DNA from: a virus | Taxonomy: Duplodnaviria; Caudoviricetes | IMG/VR virus record: IMGVR_UViG_3300044676_009542 | Coordinates: 1 to 27,192 of that record | Strand: one strand, 5' to 3' | DNA: 27,192 nt | Shown here: positions 1 through 9,106 of the stretch, piece after piece | Layout: the number at the start of each line of letters is the position of its first letter | Numbering within the stretch: the first letter of the stretch is position 1 | Notes under the pieces: generated by a model | The model's input: only the letters and a program-made list of their open reading frames with translations | What the model was told of the DNA's origin: nothing | The model's database searches: none | Program-made: the position numbers and the translations under genes

Positions 1-378
1 ATGCCATACAACGATAAACTTATAGATCATTATGAGAATCCTCGTAATGTTGGGTCATTAAATAAAGATAGAGATACTGTAGGCACAGGTCTTGTCGGTG
101 CACCTGCATGTGGTGATGTCATGAAGCTACAGATTGAAGTAGATGAGATTGGTGTTATTATAGATGCTAAGTTTAAAACATTTGGTTGTGGTTCTGCTAT
201 TGCATCTAGTTCATTAGTAACTGAATGGATTAAAGGCAGGACAGTAAATGAAGCAGTAGAGATAACAAATACAGATATTGCAAAGGAACTTGCTCTGCCA
301 CCTGTTAAGATACATTGTTCAGTTCTTGCTGAAGATGCAATCAAAGCAGCGGTAGCAGATTATAAATCTAAACGATGA
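1..378 (+). CDS. iscU: Fe-S cluster assembly scaffold IscU (phage auxiliary gene)
   Basis: HYENPRNVG, GAPACGDVM, FKTFGCGSAIASSS and LPPVKIHCS motifs; Tyr3, Cys37, Asp39, Cys63, His105, Cys106 and the HscA-binding LPPVK(99-103) are all present at E. coli IscU numbering. Confidence 0.97.
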   Translation: MPYNDKLIDHYENPRNVGSLNKDRDTVGTGLVGAPACGDVMKLQIEVDEIGVIIDAKFKTFGCGSAIASSSLVTEWIKGRTVNEAVEITNTDIAKELALPPVKIHCSVLAEDAIKAAVADYKSKR

Positions 379-2081
379 CAAATAAACGGCAATCAGATAA
401 TGCTAGGTCAGGTTCTACCAGAGAACAGGCAGAACGACTAGCTCCTGAAAATGATATAAAAGATAATCTTCCTAAAGACACATTAAAACTTTTACAGAAA
501 AAACTTTTCTATCCTAAACTTAAAGATGGAGATGAAGAGGAATTATCAAATGATACACTGGTTAAGTTTAATTATCTTAAAAATTCATTAAAGTCATATA
601 CTCAAAAAAAATCGAATGAAGACTTTTTAACCTTTGTAAGAAAGGAAGCACCTAAACTTGTGCCTGACTTCAAGATGGGTAGACATATACAAGTTTTATG
701 TCATAAGCTTCAGCAAGTTGTGGACGGAGATTGTAAACGTCTAATGGTGTTTCTACCACCTCGTAGTTCCAAGTCAGTCATATGTTCTAAATTATTTCCA
801 GCATGGTACATAGGAAGAAATCCATCACATGAGATTATGTCAGTCTCTCACTCTGATCAGCTTGCCTCTGACTTTGGTAGATCAGTCAGGGACATTGTAA
901 ACTCTGAAGACTTCGATAGAATGTTTAGTGGTGTGAAACTTAGATCAGATGTTAAGGCTGCAGGTAAATGGAAAACAAATAAGAATGGTTCTTACTACGC
1001 TGCAGGTGTGCGAAGTCAGATTGCAGGAAGAGGTGCACACATAGCATTGCTAGATGATGTCATGTCTGAAGAAGATGCAATTAGTGAGAGTGGTAGAAGA
1101 TATATAAAAGAATGGTATCCATCAGGTCTTCGTACTCGTGTTATGCCTAATGGTGCAATTATAATTATCAACACTCGATATCATTTTGATGATATATGCG
1201 GATGGTTGTTAAAGCAGCAAGAAGAAATAGAAATGCAGAATAAATGGGATGTTATCCGCATCCCTGCATGGTTGGATGAACAAGCAGCAAAGTTACTTGA
1301 TCTTCCTATAGGGTCTTCCTACTTTCCAGAATGGAAACCAGAAGAAGTTCTTAAAATTGATGAGCAGGAAATAAAAGCATCTAATGGCAGTAGGTATTGG
1401 AATGCATTATATATGCAAGATCCACAGCCAGATGAAGGTGGAATAATAAAAAAGAAATGGTTTCAGATATGGGAGAATGAAGAACCACCCCCATGTGATT
1501 TTATTATCCAGACATATGATACAGCTTTCAGTACAAAGTCTACTGCAGATAATAGTGTAATACAGACTTGGGGTATCTTTCCTTCAATGGAAACTGATCC
1601 TAATACAGGGCGTGAACGTGTAGAAGGAAATCTTATTCTTCTATCTAATATGTATGGAAGATATGAATACCCTGAACTACGAAGACTTGCACAAGATATG
1701 TATCAGGACTATAAACCAGATGTATGTATTGTTGAGAAGAAAGCAAGTGGACAGTCTCTCATACAGGATATGCGTAGGTCTAGGTTACCTGTCTTAGAGT
1801 ATATGCCAGATAGAGATAAGGTATCTCGTGTATATGCAGCATCACCTTTTTTAGAATCAGGAAAGGTTTGGATACCAGACACAGAATGGTCTGAAGCTTT
1901 ATTTGATGAGGCTATTCAGTTTCCTAATGCAGCACATGACGATATGGTTGACTGTATGACAATGGCAATTATCTATATGAGAGATAGTTGGAACCTTATT
2001 CATCCTGACGATGCAGACATAGATGATTTTGAAGATGCATCTCGTTACAAAGCAAAGAAAAAAGGATATTGGAGTTTCTAA
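375..2081 (+). CDS. terL: Terminase large subunit
   Basis: Walker A-like LMVFLPPRSSKS, GRGAH-IALLDD Walker B, RNase H-like nuclease motifs QTYDTAF, IVEKKASG, FPNAAHDDMVD; lies upstream of portal; ATGA overlap with iscU. Confidence 0.95.
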   Translation: MTNKRQSDNARSGSTREQAERLAPENDIKDNLPKDTLKLLQKKLFYPKLKDGDEEELSNDTLVKFNYLKNSLKSYTQKKSNEDFLTFVRKEAPKLVPDFKMGRHIQVLCHKLQQVVDGDCKRLMVFLPPRSSKSVICSKLFPAWYIGRNPSHEIMSVSHSDQLASDFGRSVRDIVNSEDFDRMFSGVKLRSDVKAAGKWKTNKNGSYYAAGVRSQIAGRGAHIALLDDVMSEEDAISESGRRYIKEWYPSGLRTRVMPNGAIIIINTRYHFDDICGWLLKQQEEIEMQNKWDVIRIPAWLDEQAAKLLDLPIGSSYFPEWKPEEVLKIDEQEIKASNGSRYWNALYMQDPQPDEGGIIKKKWFQIWENEEPPPCDFIIQTYDTAFSTKSTADNSVIQTWGIFPSMETDPNTGRERVEGNLILLSNMYGRYEYPELRRLAQDMYQDYKPDVCIVEKKASGQSLIQDMRRSRLPVLEYMPDRDKVSRVYAASPFLESGKVWIPDTEWSEALFDEAIQFPNAAHDDMVDCMTMAIIYMRDSWNLIHPDDADIDDFEDASRYKAKKKGYWSF

Positions 2082-2088
2082 GTTAAAC

Positions 2089-2117
2089 TTGCTTAATTAC
2101 TATTTTATTACTATACT
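2089..2117 (+). promoter_or_regulatory. Sigma70-like promoter upstream of portal
   Basis: TTGCTT (2089-2094), 17 bp spacer, TATACT (2112-2117) in the terL-portal gap. Confidence 0.6.
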
Positions 2118-2163
2118 AGACCATATTATAATTTTAATTACCTTATCTTAAAGGGGAACTGTC

Positions 2164-4692
2164 TTGGCTGTTGAAAAAAACCCATTCGACAAGAATATGA
2201 TTTCAGATACCAATGTTATTGAATTAGATATGGTTAGTTCAGGAGATATGCCTGAAGCTAGTATTGAGTTTGATGGAACTGATGGTAGTGTCACTGTAGA
2301 TTTTGGAGTTGAAGAAGGAGATAATCCTGAAATTAATTACAGTAATCCAAATGGGTTTTATAGAAACCTTGTTGAAGACTTGGATGAAGTAGCTCAAGAA
2401 TATGTTGCAGATCAAGTTATTCAATCTTATGAAGCTGATTTGGAATCTCGTGCAGAATGGGAACAGATGTTTACTAGTGGCTTGGACTTATTAGGTTTAA
2501 AACTAGAGGAAACAAATGAACCATTTGAAGGAGCATGTACTGCGGTGCATCCTCTTCTAATTGAGTCAGCAGTTTCATTTCAGTCTAAAGCAATACAAGA
2601 ATTATTTCCTGCAGGTGGACCTGTTAGAACACAGGTACTAGGAAAGACTACACCAGATAAAGAAGAACAAGCTCAACGTGTAAAAGAATATATGAACTAT
2701 CAACTTACAGAGTTGATGCCAGAATATTTTGATGAGACTGAGCGTATGCTTTTTCACCTGCCTTTGTTTGGCTCATCCTTTAAAAAAGTTTACTACGATA
2801 GTGGAATGCAACGTCCAGTAAGTGAGTTTGTTCCTATAGATCAATTTGTAGTTTCAAACTTTGCAATGAACCTACGTACTGCAGATAGATATACACAAGT
2901 TCTATATAGAAGTCCTATTCAGTTAGAACGTGAGATTGCAGGTGGAATGTATGCAGCTTCTGATAACTTAATTGAGAAACCTGAAATTCCAGAACTATCT
3001 CCACTACGTTCAAAGATGAATCAGGTTACAGGTGTAACTCCTTCTAATGCTGACTTTGATGGACAATACACTTTACTTGAACAGCATTGTTATCTAGAGA
3101 TTGAAAACCTTAGTGATGAATCAGAGTTAACTCTTCCTTATGTTGTGACAGTTGACTTGGATAGTAGATCAGTTCTATCAATCCGTAGAAACTATGATCC
3201 TGATGATGCACAAAGAAAAAAGAAATTATTCTATTCACATTATAGATTTGTTCCTGCATTAAGTTTTTATGGTATTGGTTACATTCATATGCTAGGTAAT
3301 CTTACTGCATCTGCAACATCAGCCATGCGGAGTCTTATTGACGCAGGGCAGTTTGCAAATCTTCCTGCAGGTTTTCGTGCCAAAGGTGTACGGATTACAG
3401 GAGATGACGAACCAATTTCTCCGGGAGAATTTAAAGAGGTTGAAGCAACTGGAGTTGATTTAACTAAATCAATTATTCCTTTACCTTATAAAGAACCCTC
3501 TCAAACTTTATATAATATGTTAGGGTTTATATCTTCATCAGGTCAGAAGTTTGCAGACAATACACAACAAGTTATTAGTGATGCAGCATCTTATGGTCCT
3601 GTAGGAACTACAATGGCTTTACTAGAAGCATCTAGTAAGTTCTTTACAGCAGTACATAAACGTCTACACCAAGCACAGAAAGAAGAATTAAAAATACTTG
3701 CACGTATTAACTTTGAGTCAATGCCAGAGTATTATCCTTTTGAAGTTTCTCAAGGCGAAGACACTGTAATGAGAAATGACTTTGATGGTCGTATTGATGT
3801 TGTTCCTGTATCTGATCCTAATATTCCTTCTGCTGCCCATAAGATGATGATGGCTCAGATGGCATTACAGATGGCACAACAAGCTCCAGCAGGTATGTAC
3901 AATACAGAAGAACTACACAAAACAATTTTACGTGCAGCTAACATCCCTAATATTGATTTGATATTACCTGAAAAAGTTAAACCAAAACCACTTGATCCTG
4001 TATCAGATATTCTAGCTGCAACTAAAGGATTAGCAATTAAAGCATTTGTAGGACAAGATCATGACGCACATATAAAAGTTAAGATGGCATATATGCAAGA
4101 CCCTGTAAATGGTGCGAATCCTATAATGCAACGTATTACTCCAATTCTTGCAGCTAACATTCAAGAACACTCTGTTATGCAATATCAAGAACAAATGAAT
4201 GGAGTAACACGACAACTTATGCAAGGACAAGATGATGTCGATCCTTTGGTTGTTGAACAAGTTATGGCACAAGCTGCACAACAAGTTATGGTTGCAAATC
4301 AACAAGCAGCTAAAGGTCCACCATCTCCAGAAGAACAAATGGTAATGATGGAAGGTAAGCGTCTTGAAATTGAAGAAAGAAAGATTCAATCTCAGATGGC
4401 AAAAGAAAATTCAGATAGTGTTCTTAAAACTCGTGAGTTAGATATTAAAGAAGCTAAACTTGCATTAGATGCTTACGTTGAAGGTGCAAGTAATTTGATG
4501 AATAAAGAAGAGAAGGCGAAAGATCGTCAACTTAAACAAACTCAAGAAGCATTGAAAATACTTTCAGATTTAGCAAAAGACAATAACAACGAAAATTTAC
4601 AAAAAGGTAAAGCAGTTATAGAGATGGTAGAAGCTCAGATGAAAGAAGAAAATAAACTTATACTAGAACAAATGAAACAAAAGGGAGAATAG
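2164..4692 (+). CDS. Portal protein with long C-terminal Gln/Met-rich coiled-coil extension
   Basis: 842 aa, TTG start after AAGGGGA; follows terL; motifs SRAEWE, HPLLIESAVSFQS, YMNYQLTE, GSSFKKVYYD, FYGIGY typical of P22-like/podoviral portals. Confidence 0.9.
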   Translation: MAVEKNPFDKNMISDTNVIELDMVSSGDMPEASIEFDGTDGSVTVDFGVEEGDNPEINYSNPNGFYRNLVEDLDEVAQEYVADQVIQSYEADLESRAEWEQMFTSGLDLLGLKLEETNEPFEGACTAVHPLLIESAVSFQSKAIQELFPAGGPVRTQVLGKTTPDKEEQAQRVKEYMNYQLTELMPEYFDETERMLFHLPLFGSSFKKVYYDSGMQRPVSEFVPIDQFVVSNFAMNLRTADRYTQVLYRSPIQLEREIAGGMYAASDNLIEKPEIPELSPLRSKMNQVTGVTPSNADFDGQYTLLEQHCYLEIENLSDESELTLPYVVTVDLDSRSVLSIRRNYDPDDAQRKKKLFYSHYRFVPALSFYGIGYIHMLGNLTASATSAMRSLIDAGQFANLPAGFRAKGVRITGDDEPISPGEFKEVEATGVDLTKSIIPLPYKEPSQTLYNMLGFISSSGQKFADNTQQVISDAASYGPVGTTMALLEASSKFFTAVHKRLHQAQKEELKILARINFESMPEYYPFEVSQGEDTVMRNDFDGRIDVVPVSDPNIPSAAHKMMMAQMALQMAQQAPAGMYNTEELHKTILRAANIPNIDLILPEKVKPKPLDPVSDILAATKGLAIKAFVGQDHDAHIKVKMAYMQDPVNGANPIMQRITPILAANIQEHSVMQYQEQMNGVTRQLMQGQDDVDPLVVEQVMAQAAQQVMVANQQAAKGPPSPEEQMVMMEGKRLEIEERKIQSQMAKENSDSVLKTRELDIKEAKLALDAYVEGASNLMNKEEKAKDRQLKQTQEALKILSDLAKDNNNENLQKGKAVIEMVEAQMKEENKLILEQMKQKGE

Positions 4693-4694
4693 AT

Positions 4695-4859
4695 ATGGCT
4701 TTTAAATTTAAATCAACTGGCAACAGTGTAGGCGATTGGAGTAAAATTCCTTCTGAAGAATATTCAGAAAGGTCTAGAGTTGGTATTCTTAATCAACGTG
4801 AGCCTGATAGTTATGAAGCTCCAAAGCCTGTACAGGGTGCTGATCTTAAAAAAGGTTAA
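4695..4859 (+). CDS. Small hypothetical protein (54 aa, not in ORF track): MAFKFKSTGNSVGDWSKIPSEEYSERSRVGILNQREPDSYEAPKPVQGADLKKG
   Basis: Manual translation; GGAG at 4684-4687; fills the gap between portal and the next ORF exactly. Confidence 0.75.
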   Translation: MAFKFKSTGNSVGDWSKIPSEEYSERSRVGILNQREPDSYEAPKPVQGADLKKG

Positions 4860-4862
4860 TAA

Positions 4863-5066
4863 ATGTTAGTAACTAACGATATCCGTAGGGGTATTGAAGA
4901 AAAACGACAGTCGGTAATAAATTCTCTTGCATCAGGGGCAGCAAACGATTATCCTGAATACCAATATCTTGTAGGATATTCTACAGGATTACAGGATGCT
5001 ATTGATATTGCAATTGATATCATAAGTAAAAGATTAAATCTTGAAACAGAAGAGGATTTTAAATAA
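4863..5066 (+). CDS. Hypothetical head-module protein (67 aa)
   Basis: Tightly packed ORF; SLASG-x-A-x-DY-x-EY-x-x-LVG pattern recalled from genes preceding phage groES. Confidence 0.75.
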   Translation: MLVTNDIRRGIEEKRQSVINSLASGAANDYPEYQYLVGYSTGLQDAIDIAIDIISKRLNLETEEDFK

Positions 5067-5068
5067 TA

Positions 5069-5485
5069 ATGTTACATCAAGCACTAAGTAAAGGTTTGAA
5101 AAACGATGAATGGATTGATAGTGATGAAATATCAGATCCTAAAAGACTTCCTACTTTAACTGGTTATCACATTCTTGTTCGTCCAGTTTCAGTAAAAGCT
5201 AAAACTAAAGGTGGAATTATTCTACCTGATTCAACTAAAGAAGATATTGCTTACCTTACTACAGTAGGGCGAGTTGTTGCACTAGGTGATTTAGCTTATG
5301 AAGATAAAACTAAATTTCCTAAAGGTCCGTGGTGTAAAATAAATGATTATGTATGCTATGGTAAACATTCTGGTATTAAAATGAAATATCAAGGTGTTAA
5401 ACTTATACTTTTATTTGATGATCAAGTTATCATGAAAGTAGATGATCCTAGTGATTTAGATACCTCTTTTAATTTATCTAACTAA
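5069..5485 (+). CDS. groES: GroES/Cpn10-like co-chaperonin
   Basis: Mobile loop KTKGGIILPD, GYHILVRP, VGRVVALG, DYVCYGKHSG and LLFDDQVI match the Cpn10 pattern; about 25 aa N-terminal extension. Confidence 0.88.
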   Translation: MLHQALSKGLKNDEWIDSDEISDPKRLPTLTGYHILVRPVSVKAKTKGGIILPDSTKEDIAYLTTVGRVVALGDLAYEDKTKFPKGPWCKINDYVCYGKHSGIKMKYQGVKLILLFDDQVIMKVDDPSDLDTSFNLSN

Positions 5486-5519
5486 AACATTTGGATATGT
5501 TTTTAAATTAGTGTATTTT
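5484..5519 (+). promoter_or_regulatory. Candidate promoter with inverted repeat flanking the -35 element
   Basis: AAAACAT(5484-5490)-TTGGAT(5491-5496)-ATGTTTT(5497-5503); TTGGAT, 17 bp spacer, TATTTT (5514-5519). Confidence 0.35.
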
Positions 5520-5527
5520 AAAAGTAT

Positions 5528-5567
5528 TCGGAAAGCGTAACCCGACCAGTTCGCACTGGCGTAGGAG
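5528..5567 (+). promoter_or_regulatory. Structured 5' leader of scaffold gene (two adjacent hairpins abutting the RBS)
   Basis: TCGG(5528-31)/CCGA(5542-45) and CCAGT(5546-50)-TCGC-ACTGG(5555-59), then AGGAG 5563-5567; GC-rich island in an AT-rich gap. Confidence 0.45.
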
Positions 5568-5575
5568 AAAATAAA

Positions 5576-6604
5576 ATGGCTGAAAATGAAGCTATAGAAG
5601 TTAAAGTAGAAGAAGGCACTGACTCATGGGGTACAATAGATACAAATCCCAAAGCAGAAGAACCTAAAAAAGTTGAATATGAAATTGAAGACGATATACA
5701 AGTTCAATCTCAAGAAACAATACCAGAAGAAATTAAAGAAGAAACAAAAGAAGCTTCTGAATTGGAAGGGATTGAAACTAAAGGTGCACAAAAACGTATT
5801 AGACAACTTATTAAACAACGTAAAGATCGTGAAGATCAGATTAATGAGTTACAAAAACGAATTGCTGAATATGAAGCAACTATTCAAGCTAAAGATAATG
5901 AACTAGTTTCTACATTAAAACTAAACAATGAAGCTAGTGAACAACAATTACAAGAACAAATTAAGCTTGCAGAAAGTGCATATCGCAAAGCATTAGAAGG
6001 TGGTGAAGCAGATGAGATTGTTGCAGCACAAAGACTTCTAAATAAAAGTGAATTTGAATTAAGTAAAGTATCAGACGCTAAAGTTAAGTATGATCAAGTT
6101 AGTCAAGTAGAACAACAACAAGTTCAACCTCAACAAGTACAACAAGCTCCAGTTCCTAATCCTGCAGAGTATGATCCAAAAGCAGTAGAATGGGCAGCAA
6201 GTAATCCTTGGTTTGGTACAGATCAAGTTATGACTGCAGCAGCTTTAGCAATTGATGCTCAGTTAAAAGAAGAAGGATTTGATCCTTCAGATGATGAATT
6301 TTATGGTGAAGTTACTTCAAGACTTCGTAGTTCTTTTCCTGCCAAGTTTGAAGAAGCTTCTCAAGAACAACAAGCGGAACCGAAGGTAGCCGTAAGTAAA
6401 CCTTCTCAAGTGGTTGGTGGAGCATCACGCACTGTTACCAGCCCTACTACAAACCGAAGTAACAAAGTCAAGCTAAGTAAGCAAGACATTGATATGGCTA
6501 ATAGGTGGGGTATTCCACTTGAAAGGTATGCTGAACAAAAGCTGATCGCAGATCAAGCTGATGGAGAGTATACTACTGTTTTAACGAACAAGCGTGGAGG
6601 ATAA
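5576..6604 (+). CDS. Capsid scaffolding protein (putative)
   Basis: Acidic coiled coil, GAQKRIRQL, WAASNPWFG and a C-terminal helix-turn-helix (LSKQDIDMANRWGIPLERYA); located between portal and capsid genes. Confidence 0.75.
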   Translation: MAENEAIEVKVEEGTDSWGTIDTNPKAEEPKKVEYEIEDDIQVQSQETIPEEIKEETKEASELEGIETKGAQKRIRQLIKQRKDREDQINELQKRIAEYEATIQAKDNELVSTLKLNNEASEQQLQEQIKLAESAYRKALEGGEADEIVAAQRLLNKSEFELSKVSDAKVKYDQVSQVEQQQVQPQQVQQAPVPNPAEYDPKAVEWAASNPWFGTDQVMTAAALAIDAQLKEEGFDPSDDEFYGEVTSRLRSSFPAKFEEASQEQQAEPKVAVSKPSQVVGGASRTVTSPTTNRSNKVKLSKQDIDMANRWGIPLERYAEQKLIADQADGEYTTVLTNKRGG

Positions 6605-6610
6605 ATTTAA

Positions 6611-7111
6611 ATGACACGTAATATTAAAGAACAATCACGTAGTGAAGTAACAAGAGAAACTGAACAAAGATCGTATGAAGATTACACCTTTGAAGAACCT
6701 GATTATCTGGAAATTCCCGATGCTGTAAAGGATCGTTTTGCAGATCAGCAGATGTCATTAAGGTGGGTTCGAATTACGTTGAAAGGCAAAGATGATATTC
6801 AAAATGTCGGAAAACGTATGCAGGACGGATGGGTTTTCGTAACACCCGATGAAGTTCCAGAGATTGCTCACAATTCTTTCGTGAAAGATGATGGCCGATA
6901 CAGTGGTACAGTCTGTCGTGGAGACTTGGCTCTAGCAAAAATTCCAACTGGTAGGGCAATGGCTCGTCAAAAATTTTATGAAAAACGCAGTCAGGATATG
7001 ATGGATGCTGTTAATTCACAGCTTCAAAACCATCAAGATTCTAGAATGCCTATTTCAAACGCAAGTAAATCACAGGTTGTAAAAGGACGTTTACCTACTT
7101 TTCAAGATTAA
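6611..7111 (+). CDS. Conserved head-module hypothetical protein
   Basis: 166 aa, GGAGG RBS; LRWVR, GWVFVTPDEVPE, GDLALAKIP motifs; synteny between scaffold and capsid genes. Confidence 0.7.
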   Translation: MTRNIKEQSRSEVTRETEQRSYEDYTFEEPDYLEIPDAVKDRFADQQMSLRWVRITLKGKDDIQNVGKRMQDGWVFVTPDEVPEIAHNSFVKDDGRYSGTVCRGDLALAKIPTGRAMARQKFYEKRSQDMMDAVNSQLQNHQDSRMPISNASKSQVVKGRLPTFQD

Positions 7112-7165
7112 GTAAATCCTTTTACCAGCTGTAGTCATAGAAATTTATAACATAGGAGAAATCAA

Positions 7166-7744
7166 ATGGCTCTTTCTAAAGCTCTTGATGGTTTCCGTCC
7201 TTCACGTAAAAAAGGTTCTGCACCTAACTCAACTGGTATGTCTGAATATACCATTGCATCTGGATACGCAGTAAATATCTTTTCTGGAGATGTTGTAACA
7301 ATTAATGCTGGAAACATTGAAGTTGTTACGACTATTGGTTTAGGTAACGATGTTCCGCTAGGTGTTTTTGGCGGTGTTAGTTACACGAAGGATGGGGAAT
7401 ACGTATACGGAAAATACTGGCCAGCTAGTACTTCCGCATCAGATATTGTTGCTCATATATACGATGATGCAAACTATACTTTTGTATGTCAAGCTGACGC
7501 ATCTGTTACGGCAGGTGACGTATACTCGACTACTTTTAACGTAACGCTAGGCGCAGGATCAACTTACACAGGTAGGTCTGGTCATGGTCTAGAAGCAGGT
7601 ACACGTGGTGACGATGGTGCTATGACTGTACTAGGTGCTTTCAAGGAACCGGGAAATGCTCTTGGAGATGCATTCCCTCGTGTTGAAATCATCTGGAAAC
7701 AGCACATGGATGCTTATCCCACTGTTGGTGTATCGGCTGGATAA
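7166..7744 (+). CDS. Putative capsid decoration / minor capsid protein
   Basis: 192 aa beta-rich, Gly/Thr/Ala-rich, IFSGDVV motif, AGGAG RBS, immediately upstream of the major capsid gene. Confidence 0.6.
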   Translation: MALSKALDGFRPSRKKGSAPNSTGMSEYTIASGYAVNIFSGDVVTINAGNIEVVTTIGLGNDVPLGVFGGVSYTKDGEYVYGKYWPASTSASDIVAHIYDDANYTFVCQADASVTAGDVYSTTFNVTLGAGSTYTGRSGHGLEAGTRGDDGAMTVLGAFKEPGNALGDAFPRVEIIWKQHMDAYPTVGVSAG

Positions 7745-7759
7745 TGGGGAGAATGAAAA

Positions 7760-8668
7760 ATGGCTATTAATCGCTCAGATATTGCAAAGCAACTTCTTCC
7801 CGGCCTGAATGAAATATTCGGTCTTGAATATGGTGAAGTAAACGATGAACATACTCCACTATATGAAATCGAAAATTCAGATAGGGCATTCGAAGAAGAA
7901 GTGCTTTTCACAGGCTTCGGCTCTGCACCTACTAAATCAGAAGGTGCTGCAGTTCAGTATGATACAGCGCAAGAAGGTTACACCGCACGTTATTCGATGG
8001 AAACCATTGCTCTTGCATTTGCTATCACTGAAGAAGCTATGGAAGATAACTTATATGATACCTTTTCCAAGGTTCGTGCCAAAGCACTTGCTCGTGCAAT
8101 GGCTAACACTAAGCAAGTTAAAGCTGCTGATGTTTATAACAACGGCTTCTCAACTTCTTATAATGGTGGTGATGGAGTACCTTTATTCTCCGCTTCACAC
8201 CCGACTGTAGGAAATGGTAATCAGTCTAACCTAATTGGTGCTACGGACCTTGCGGAAGCAGCACTAGAAACCGCAACAATTAATATCACAAAGATTAAAG
8301 ATGATCGTGGTATTCTAATTGGTGCTTCTACTAAGTCACTTCACGTTCCTTCAGACCTAGTGTTTACGGCTGATACTATCCTAAACACTCCGGGTACAAC
8401 AGGTAACGACAATAATGACATTAACTCAGTACGTCATATGTCTGTTGTTCCTGAAGGTTTCTTTGTGAACCGCAGGTTCCAAGATGTAAATGCTTGGTTC
8501 CTCAAGACTGATGTTCCTAACGGAACCAAAATGTTCAATCGTGTTCCTCTTCAAACGAAGATGGAGCCTGACTTCGACACTGGCAACATGCGTTTCAAAG
8601 CTCGTGAGCGTTATGCCTTTGGCTGGAGCGATTGGAGACAATGGTTCGGTAGCAGTGGATCATCCTAA
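7760..8668 (+). CDS. Major capsid protein (HK97 fold, Mu gpT-like family)
   Basis: MAINRS..LLPGL..FGLEY, SDRAFEEEV, FAITEEAMEDNLY, GDGVPLFSASHP, DFDTGNMRFKARERYAFGWSDWR; followed by a strong terminator. Confidence 0.92.
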   Translation: MAINRSDIAKQLLPGLNEIFGLEYGEVNDEHTPLYEIENSDRAFEEEVLFTGFGSAPTKSEGAAVQYDTAQEGYTARYSMETIALAFAITEEAMEDNLYDTFSKVRAKALARAMANTKQVKAADVYNNGFSTSYNGGDGVPLFSASHPTVGNGNQSNLIGATDLAEAALETATINITKIKDDRGILIGASTKSLHVPSDLVFTADTILNTPGTTGNDNNDINSVRHMSVVPEGFFVNRRFQDVNAWFLKTDVPNGTKMFNRVPLQTKMEPDFDTGNMRFKARERYAFGWSDWRQWFGSSGSS

Positions 8669-8690
8669 TTAAATAGGATGTAGCAAAGTC

Positions 8691-8724
8691 AAGGGGGTTT
8701 CTTCGGAAACCCTCTTTTCTTTTG
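8691..8724 (+). terminator. Rho-independent terminator after the capsid gene
   Basis: AAGGGGGTTTC-TTCG-GAAACCCTCTT stem with cUUCGg tetraloop and T-tract; an extra hairpin CATCCTA/TAGGATG at 8661-8680 spans the stop codon. Confidence 0.9.
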
Positions 8725-8725
8725 T

Positions 8726-8754
8726 TTGTTTATATTGTAGTTGGAACGTATAAT
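8726..8754 (+). promoter_or_regulatory. Sigma70-like promoter for the post-capsid operon
   Basis: TTGTTT (8726-8731), 17 bp spacer, TATAAT (8749-8754), directly after the terminator. Confidence 0.6.
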
Positions 8755-8804
8755 AAAATTTATACATTGCTACATATATATATTAAACAATAAGGAGAAT
8801 ATTC

Positions 8805-9101
8805 GTGAGTGCAAATCTTAGATCAGCTTTTTTAACAGGTAGTGGTGTCTTAACAGATACAACTACAGGTGCAAATGTTGCAGATACTCGTATAAGAGCT
8901 ATTCATGCAACAGGTTCAGGAAATTATATTTTAGATGGAACTTCTACAACTCCATTAGGTTCAACAGCAGGACAAAAGATTACATTTGGTGTAAGTGGTT
9001 CTACTGATATATATCTTAGTGATATAGGTATTAGAGTAGATGGAGTAGTTTCTGTAACTGCCCCTGCTTCTGCTGCTACTCTTACTGTATTCTACGGATA
9101 A
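8805..9101 (+). CDS. Small putative virion structural protein
   Basis: 98 aa, GTG start with TAAGGAG RBS, Thr/Ser/Gly-rich beta composition, ends LTVFYG. Confidence 0.7.
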   Translation: MSANLRSAFLTGSGVLTDTTTGANVADTRIRAIHATGSGNYILDGTSTTPLGSTAGQKITFGVSGSTDIYLSDIGIRVDGVVSVTAPASAATLTVFYG

Positions 9102-9106
9102 GACTA

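Noticed and set aside
741-776. TerL Walker A PPRSSKS lacking the usual Gly as a sign of inactivation
   Set aside because: The catalytic Lys-Ser and all other motifs are present; terminase P-loops are often deviant
7112-7125. GTAAA-TCCT-TTTAC hairpin as a terminator
   Set aside because: Weak AT-rich 5-bp stem with no following T-tract
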